From Octopus sinensis (taxonomy: Eukaryota): a stretch of DNA of 64,000 nt. The notes under the pieces were generated by a model. The model did not search any database, was not told the origin of the DNA, and saw nothing but the letters and a program-made list of their open reading frames with translations. Positions 55,590 to 64,000 of the stretch are shown here, in pieces. The stretch lies in assembly GCF_006345805.1 (NCBI RefSeq), contig NC_043000.1:5518001-5582000 (forward strand), written 5' to 3'. A program made the translations under genes and the position numbers. The stretch's first letter is position 1, and every line of letters begins with the position of its first letter.

Positions 55590-56423
55590 ATCAAATGTAG
55601 ACGCAACTTCGAAAATCGGTGTCGTTGTTTGTGGTGCTATTGTTGTTGTTGTTGTTTGGGGTATTGTGCTGTTCTTGTTGATGCTGCTGCTGTTACTCTT
55701 ACATTTATTGTTATTTTCACCCTTGACGTCGTCACAATTCTGTTCTCTTGCATTACAGTGAGACTGAGTCTCTCTCAAAACAGACATCCGTTCCTAAAAG
55801 TTAATTAAGAACGTGAATGGAGCGATCGCTCATATAAATTAGAAATCAGGCGTTGTTTTAGTTTATCTTTCTTTTCCTTTTTTTTTTACTTCAACCAAAA
55901 AAAAAAAGCAAGAGAACCTGCATAGGCATAAATTTCATCTGTCAATAGTTACCAATACTTGTATTATTAAATATGTCCATTGGCGGAGAATGAAGAATGA
56001 TGGAGACTAAGTTTTTATTTGTCGCTCAGATCTCTCTTAATACTAGTCACAGCTCTCTTGCAGCTCTGATTAGCTTCTAATAATGTTAATATCGCTTACT
56101 GTTCGCGACTTTACTGTAGCCATAAATGACCAAATAATGAAATAATAATTAATATTTCTGACTGAATGAAGATACTTAATAGATTTCATCAACTTCAGTA
56201 CTAGTTTGGTACTCTATTTTATCGACCCCGAAATGGATGCAAAAAGCATAATAGCGGTTTCGAATTTAAGCAGAGAAACCGTTAATGTTGATGGTAGGCG
56301 GTTAGGTGATACCGTCGATCTCAGTGCCAGTCAGGTGCTCTAGTTTATCGATGAAGGGCAAAGGTTACCTTGGCGAGATTTGAATTCAAAGCGTAAAACG
56401 ACGGAACAAATGCCACCAGGTAC

Positions 56424-56479
<56 letters not shown>

Positions 56480-56480
<1 letters not shown>

Positions 56481-58430
56481 TTGTTTGGCATCCTTTCTGT
56501 CTCGGGAGACAATGGAGTTGCGCATTTTTTTTTTTTTCTAGGTCTAGTCCGGCTGTTATATTTTATTTCCTGTTACATTTCTTGCTGTGGCTGTGTAGTC
56601 CTATCCTGGACAAACACTCCCTCTGGCAGGTACTGCAAATGTAGCGAAGACTGTTCCTGGCTGGTTGTAGTGCCATGGTCTCTTGTTTATGTCTCTTCCT
56701 TTCTTTCCATTTCTCCTCTCTCTTTCTGTCACTCCTCTGTATACCCTCTTTCACTGTACGTCGCCATTCTCCACGGTTGCCGGCGACTGCCTCCCAACCG
56801 CTAATGTTGATGTTGCAGGCCTTCATCCCTTTTGCAAACATCCTTGTAACGTAAGATCGGTCTACCCACAGACCTAGTACCCCTAGCAAGCTCTCCGTAG
56901 AGTATGTCCTTGGGGATTCTGCCATCTTTCATACGGCTAACATGCCCAAGCCATCTCATACGTCTTTGTGTGAGGAGTGCAAACAGGCTTGGTATTCCTG
57001 CTTGCCTGAGGACATCTTTGTTGGGGATATGATTCTGCCATTTGATGTGGAGAATTTTTCGGAGGCAGCGCAGGTGAAAGATGTTTAGGCGACGCTCTTG
57101 GTGTGTGTATAGCGTCCAGGTCTCGCTTCCAGTAGAGTGCTGAGTACACATGCCTGGTAGATCTTCATTTTTGTGGTCTTGGTCAGCTTATTGTTGTCCC
57201 AAGCCCGTTTGGAGAGTTGGGCCATCGCAGCAGCTGCCTTGCCAATGCGTATATTGAGCTCAGCGTCAAGGGATAGGTTGTAGGTGACGGTAGAGCCCAG
57301 ATAGGTAAACTTCTCCACCTCTTGTAATCTGTGGTCTCCAATATGTATGTTTGGGATGTCCGATGTAGCCTGGCCCATGATGTTGGCCTTCTTAAGGCTG
57401 ATAGCTAAGCCAAAGTCGTTACATGCTTGCTCAAAACAGTTAATGAGCCTTTGGAGGGCTTCTTCTGTGTGTGTTACCAGAGCGGCATCATCAGCAAATA
57501 ACATCTCCTTGATCAGGACGTTTCTGATTTTGGTCTTGGCACGCAGGCGCGAGAGATTGAACAGTTTCCGTCACTTCTACTGTGCAGAAACACTCCATCA
57601 TCTGATGTCTGAAGGCATGTGACAGCAAGAGTGAGAAGAAGATGCCAAACAATGTAGGAGCGAGACACAGCCTTGCTTTACCCCCCCGTTTTTTTTTTGG
57701 AAGGCGGCTGATGTTGAACCGTTGTGCTGTATGGTGCCTTGCATGTCATCATGGAAAGACTTGATGATCCTCAGCAGCTTTGGTGGACATCCGATTTTTT
57801 GGAGCAGGAGGAAGAGGCCTGTTCTGCTTACCGTGTCAAAAGCCTTGTTAGATCAATGAAGGCCATATATAATGGCATTTTCTGCTCTCTGGACTTCTCC
57901 TGAAGTTGGCGTATGGAGAATATCATATCGATAGTTGATCTGCTTCTTCTAAAGCCACACTCTGCGATTCCGGATACATTCGAGAAGCAAGTAGTTGTAG
58001 CCTGGCCAGGATAACGCGGGCAAAGGTCTTTCCAACAGTGCTTAGAAGGGATATACCACGGTAATTGTTACAATCACCACGGTCACCTTTGTTTTTGTAG
58101 AGCGTAATGATGTTGGCATCCCGCATATCCTGAGGGACTGTACCCTCTTCCCAGCACTGACACAGAAGCTCATGAAGGTGCCGAAGCAGGATGGTGTTTT
58201 TGCCGGCTTTGATGATCTCTGAGGGGATGCCGTCTTTTCCCGGAGCCTATTTCTTGCTAGGGAGTCACAGCCTTGGTGAGCTCTGCTATAGATGGCGGAC
58301 TGTCAAGTTCGCACATGACTGGCAAGATCTTGACACTCTCGACTGCAGCCTCAGCCACTGTAGTCTCCCGTGAGTAGAGATCCTGGTAGTGCTCCACCCA
58401 TCTATCCATTTGCTTGCCTTGATCCCTGGT
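56480..58430 (-). mobile_element. RTE (BovB-like) LINE, 3' half: RT and 3' end
   Basis: RDQGKQMDRWVEHY, DCNNYRGISLLS, MLFADDAAL, RRMRWLGHV, CLSRIGLHSH; 3' end CCATTGTCTCCCGAGACAGAAAGGATGCC then (ATT)n. Confidence 0.92.
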
Positions 58431-60307
58431 AGTGGGTAGCGAACTTCTTCACTACTTCAGGGAGTGACGACCCTGCCTGACACGAGTTCCGGGCTCAGCT
58501 GGCTCCGGCTGACAGTACCCGGTATGGGCCCCTATCCAGGGTTACGGAAAGGAGACAACCTTCAATGAAATCCGGAGTGGAGCCCCGAAGGCGGTCTAGT
58601 GTTCGATTCGACACTCTTCCGGCAGCTCCTGCAACCAAGCTGGTGCCAAACGTAATGCACTGCACTCCACTGGACTACATCAGCAAGGTCGAGAGAGGAA
58701 ACCTGACGATTGGGCTACCCAGGACTTTCTTATCTATAGCCCAGGCCTGCGCAAAACTGGAGAGGACACTTCAGTGCTGCTGTAAAAAGCTGCAGAAAAA
58801 CAACACAGGAGGTAACAGTTACGAGTGATAAGTCCATTCAGATTGGCGTAAAATATGGACGCTACGGGTTACCTCTGCCGGTGGGAGGGACTTCCGTGTC
58901 CTATTGGTTAGCTACTGCCCACCTCAAGCTGGGCAGCCCCCAGTTAATAAGGTGCTGACCCGCCACAAGCCGCCTGTTCATTGGGTGCTTGGAGCTAAGA
59001 GTACGACTCGAAAAGCGGCCTGCAACCTCTGCACCAGGCAAGCAACTAAAATTCAAGAAAACACCAGTTCTGCAGTTGGCAAGCTGGAATGTCAGGACCA
59101 TGTGTCCTGGAATATCTGACGATCTTCTCAGTATTGAAGACACAAGGAAAAAGGCCATCATTGACCGTGAACTAAAGAGGCTCAACATAGATATTGCTGG
59201 GCTGCAGGAGACAAGACTTCCCTCAAACGGCAGACTCAAAGAGCAGGACTTCACCTTCTTTTGGCAGGGAAGAGATCCAGAAGAACCTCGTCAACATGGC
59301 GTTGGCTTTGCAGTGAGAAACTCACTACTCTCCTCAATAGAACCACCATCGAGAGGCACTGAGCGTATCCTCTCACTGCGCCTCTCGACTTCTTCTGGCT
59401 CAGTACATCTACTCAACATCTATGCTCCCACTCTCTACAGCTCAGAGGAGACCAAGGACCAGTTCTACAAAGATCTCAACTGTGTCCTAGAAAATATACC
59501 AACGACTGAAAATATCTACCTTCTAGGGGATTTTAACGCTCGCGTGGGATCTGACCATGATTCGTGGCCCATTTGTGTTGGACACTTTGGTATTGGCAAC
59601 ATGAATGACAATGGTCAGAGACTACTCGAATTCTGCACATACCACAACCTGTGCATCACAAACACATTCTTTACCAGCAAGCCATCCCACAAGGCATCCT
59701 GGAGACATCCAAGATCTCACCTTTCTGAGTTCCACTCTATTGACCCGCAGTTATCACAGTGCGGATTGTGACACAGACCACTCACTAATTAGAAGCAGGG
59801 TGAGGATTCTCCCTAAAAAAGTCCATCGCTCCAAGAAAGTGGGCCGACCACGCATCAACACCGCCAGAACCTCGGACCCTACACTGCGAAAATGTTTTGC
59901 TGCTTCTATCACGGTTGCCCTCAGTAGCTGCCCAACCTCTTGCTGAAAGTAGGTGGGACTATATCAGGGAAGCCTTGTATACGACATCATTGGATACTTT
60001 CGGCATGAGAGAAAGGCAAAACCCAGATTGGTCAATGCTGGGCTCTCAGAGCTGGAGCCAGTTATCGAAGCAAAGCGTGCAGCTCTGGTGCAATACAAGA
60101 GTGACTCTTCTACAAAGTCACTCGAGGAACTCAGAAAGGCACGAAATAAAACCAACTGACAGCCAGATGCTGTGCAAATAGGTATTGGCAGGAAATCTGT
60201 CAGAGTATCCATTCAGCTGCTGACAGGGGCGACACCCGTGGGATGTATGCTGGTTTGAAGAAGGCCCTCGGTCCATCCGCAACCAAGTCAGCCCCTCTGA
60301 AATCAAC

Positions 60308-60308
<1 letters not shown>
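58431..60308 (+). mobile_element. RTE LINE, 5' half in opposite orientation: 5' UTR and APE endonuclease
   Basis: SWNVRTM, IAGLQETR, HGVGFAVR, NIYAPT and GDFNARVG; ends at SAPLKST, just upstream of where the other half begins. Confidence 0.92.
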
Positions 60309-60357
<49 letters not shown>

Positions 60358-60358
<1 letters not shown>

Positions 60359-60933
60359 GACACGACAGAGTTGGGATCTACATACACTGGAAGCTATGCC
60401 AACATTATGGAATAACAGAAAAAAGATTGTATAGACACACACCAGAAAAGGTCACAGAAAATGAAAAAGCAACCATACTCGGGGATATGCCAATACACAC
60501 AGATAGAGAAATTAAGGTCAACAGACCAGATATAGTTGTCAGAGATCATGAAGAAAAAAATGCTTTCTAATTGATGTATCAATATCGGCAGATGACAACG
60601 TGTCTCTAAAAGAAATGGAGAAACTTTTAAAATACAAAGAACTGGAAATAGAGGTAACCAGAATGTGGAATCTGAAAACAGAAACAATTCCTATCATAGT
60701 AGGTGCATTAGGCATGATAAAAAAATATTCAGACAAATACATAACAAAAACACCAGGACTTACAAACACATATAACATACAGAAAATTGCACTACTAGGC
60801 ACTGCACACAACCTACGCAGAACACTTTCCATACAATAACCATCAGAGCATCACAACAAATCACAGCACATACCCAAGGCACACAGAGCTGCGCTCGGTA
60901 GGGAAGTGAAAGCACGCTATATAAATAAAACTA

Positions 60934-60936
<3 letters not shown>
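60358..60936 (+). mobile_element. R4/Dong-like RLE element, 3' fragment A
   Basis: RHDRVGIYIHW, NRPDIVV and KYKELEIEVTRMWNLKTETIPIIVGALG; 3' UTR runs into (AAT)n. Confidence 0.88.
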
Positions 60937-60971
<35 letters not shown>

Positions 60972-60976
60972 TGATG

Positions 60977-61063
<87 letters not shown>

Positions 61064-61066
<3 letters not shown>

Positions 61067-61750
61067 CCGGAAACGGAGGCTCTAACCCAAGAGCAAGCAC
61101 TAAGAACAAACTACATAAAATACAGAATAGACAACACAACAGAAAGTGATAAGTGCAAAATCTGTGGACAAAACGGTGAAACCGTATGGCATAGTAACAG
61201 CCAATATACGCCACTAGCCAGGCTTGTGCATTGGACACTTTGCAACAAGTATGGACTTGAAAGAGCAAAAATTGGTAAGATCACAAACCTGAAGGCATTG
61301 TTGAAAATAGAAATGCAAAGATCCTATGGGATTTTATGATTCTGTGCGACCATGAGACTGAAAATAGGAAGCCGGACATAGTGTTAATTGAGAAAGCAAA
61401 CGAAGCTGGATCATAGATATAGTATGCCCAGCTGACAAGGTATGCGATAAGGAAGAAAGAAAAGTCGAGAGATAGGACAGGTTAGCTTGGGAAGTTAAGC
61501 AATTGTGGTCGATGAAAAGGGTAGCAGTAGTAACAATAAATGTCGGAACCCTGGGAACAGTGAGCAAAAAATCTCGAGAAGTACTTGGAACAAATAGGGG
61601 CTGCAATAACGGTGGAGCACTTGCAGAAAACAGCACTGCTTGGAACCGCTCGAATACTCCGGAAGGTGCTCGAATACTAAGAGGTGACACCTTAGTTCAC
61701 TGGTAGTGACACTGTAGTACATCTCCAGCGTTAGAAGCTGTGCAAAGGCA
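61064..61750 (+). mobile_element. R4/Dong-like RLE element, 3' fragment B (different family)
   Basis: QEQALRTNY, CKICGQNGETVWH zinc knuckle, KPDIVL, WSMKRVAVV.I.VGTLG. Confidence 0.82.
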
Positions 61751-61788
61751 GCAACAACAACACAACAACAACAACAACAACAACAATG

Positions 61789-61837
<49 letters not shown>

Positions 61838-61848
61838 TAATAATAATA

Positions 61849-62582
61849 CATTAACCATACCGGTCATGACTTACAGTTTCAATATCATTAACTGGTCAAT
61901 TATTGAAATATATAATCTTGACAGAATAATACGAAAATTGCTGACAATGCATAAAATGGACCAACCTAAGGCAAATATAGAACAACTTTATCTGCCAAGA
62001 AAAGAGGGTGGCCATGGACTTTTACAACTGGAATTGACAATGAAGATTGCCACAATTAGCCTAGACACCTACCTGAAAAACTCTGAGGACTGGATGTTAA
62101 AATTTGTCTCAAAACATGAAAACAAGAAAGCATCATACTCAGTAACAAAACAAGCAAAGGAAAATCTAAATGAATTCCAAACACAACAAATTCCAGAATT
62201 AGACATACTAGAAGCAAGCACAGAAAAAGCTTAAACGTATGAAAACCCGTGTTAAAACTGCTGCCTTAAATATTCTTACTGATAAATGGCAAGAAAAACC
62301 TCTCAATAGAAAATACTCAAAGAGAGCTAATAGAGCCGATGCTGACAAAGCTCTTACTCATGTATGGTTAATGTCTTGTGGCTAAAAATCAGAAACAGAA
62401 GGGTTTCTCATACTAGCCCAAGATCAATGCCTACCAACAAGGAACTACCAGGCCAACAGGTTAAAGAACGGCAGTAACCAACATGTTGTGTGTGTAAACA
62501 AAAAAAAAATGAAACCATTGATCATGTTGTCTCTATGTGTGGTCTTCTTGCCCCTGCAAAGTACCTCAATAAGCATGATAGA
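61849..62582 (+). mobile_element. R4/Dong-like RLE element, internal fragment C
   Basis: IPVMTYSF, LYLPRKEGGHGL, WQEKP, AQDQCLPTRNY and ETIDHVVSMC; ends at KHDR. Confidence 0.85.
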
Positions 62583-62710
62583 GCACACATATGGTTGTAA
62601 TGCATGCGCGAGGTGTACACTTATCAAGCGGATAGCCATGATGGGTATATTGGGGTTCGTATATTTATTTCACAGCGTCAGTTCGCTGGCCTGTGCTGCA
62701 ATATCACTCA
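62583..62710 (+). mobile_element. Family E 3' end fused to fragment C
   Basis: Diverged match to about 63444-63566. Confidence 0.7.
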
Positions 62711-62743
<33 letters not shown>

Positions 62744-62755
62744 GTAGTAGTAGTA

Positions 62756-62802
<47 letters not shown>

Positions 62803-62805
62803 ATA

Positions 62806-62839
<34 letters not shown>

Positions 62840-62970
62840 CGACGACGACGGCAGTGGCGGTGTTGGTGGTGGTGGTGGTGGTGGTGGTGATGGTGATGAT
62901 GATGATGATAATGATGATGATGATGATGACGACGACGACGACGACGACGATGATGATGATTATGATGATG

Positions 62971-63009
<39 letters not shown>

Positions 63010-63034
63010 TAATAATAATAATAATAATAATAAT

Positions 63035-63566
63035 GCAGTACCAGGCAGTGGCTCTCATGGCTTCTGATCTTAACTGATTGGAAGTGTTATCATGTACATT
63101 GTTTTGTCTTAGTATAAAAGATGGGTTACAGCAAATATTCTGCTCAATACCACAGATTTGCTTGTCAGTTGTTTGACCCTAACCAGTTGAGCATGTCCCT
63201 TTGTGGCTGACGATATGTGCATCTCTGATCACGAGCAGAAGTAGTGGGGGAGCATCATAGCCATGTGTTGAGAGGGATTCTTTGGGGTTTGAATAATTCA
63301 CCTCTGGAAACATGGGTGGTTCTTTCAACATCCTTAAACAACCCTTATTCAGGGACCTTTTGACTCAACCTGAAGAAAATTCTAATTGGGCCCCACCTGC
63401 AAGGTCACGTGCTGTTTATCTTGATATGAGATCACCATGTCGCGCACATATGGTTGTGATGCATGTGCCTGGTGTACCCTATCAGACGGGTAGTCAGGAT
63501 GGGTATATTGGGCTTCGTATATTTTACCCCAGTGTCACTTTGATGGCATGAACTGCTCTCTCACTC
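63035..63566 (+). mobile_element. Family E non-autonomous element, longest copy (about 530 bp) within (AAT)n
   Basis: Four copies in the window share a 3' end running into (AAT/AAC)n; no ORF; no A/B box recognised. Confidence 0.8.
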
Positions 63567-63585
63567 AATAATAATAATAATAATG

Positions 63586-63712
<127 letters not shown>

Positions 63713-64000
63713 GGGACGTTTAAGAGAACATCGGGGAAGTTTAAGATGTAAGAACGATAAAACAGTGCTCCGAAATCTATCCACAAACATCGAAAACAAA
63801 GACATCGTATGGAGATAAAAAATAACTGACAAAGGACTGGACTATATCCGAGTAAGTAATACTCATTGAAATTTATTACTATTTTCGAAACGGAATGATG
63901 TATTTAACTCGATATCATCTCTACCTCTAACACAACACATGTAAACATGCGTGAAACATTACGATCCATCAACACCAGATCATCCCCGACCCCAAACACC

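Noticed and set aside
58431-58900. HDV-like ribozyme expected in some RTE 5' UTRs
   Set aside because: I could not assemble P1-P4 by eye; it needs an RNArobo or Infernal search.

Overview
AT-rich, microsatellite-dense eukaryotic DNA. The SINE, LINE and simple-repeat content strongly suggests an Octopus genome; this is inferred from repeat families recalled from memory, not from a search. I find no intact protein-coding gene: the long ORFs are microsatellite read-throughs or decayed transposon ORFs, and only a few weak candidate exons exist. The window holds a 5'-truncated CR1-group LINE, five Tx1-clade L1 pieces, a near full-length RTE whose 5' half is inverted, R4/Dong-type and HERO-type RLE fragments, a Ty3/gypsy pol remnant, mariner pieces, non-autonomous Helitrons, several tRNA-SINE families and a 1.29-kb near-identical tandem duplication. 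The most interesting signals are in small non-autonomous elements. First, at least seven minimal type I hammerhead-ribozyme motifs in four element families, one downstream of a tRNA-like Pol III head. Second, a full-length 5S rRNA copy carrying the CR1-group LINE 3' tail (candidate SINE3 or chimera). Third, two LINE-SINE 3'-tail partnerships visible inside the window. Fourth, a SINE dimer with a fixed GGTAT junction and one 12-bp TSD. Fifth, a twin-priming-like 5' inversion in an RTE. All alignments and folds were done by eye.
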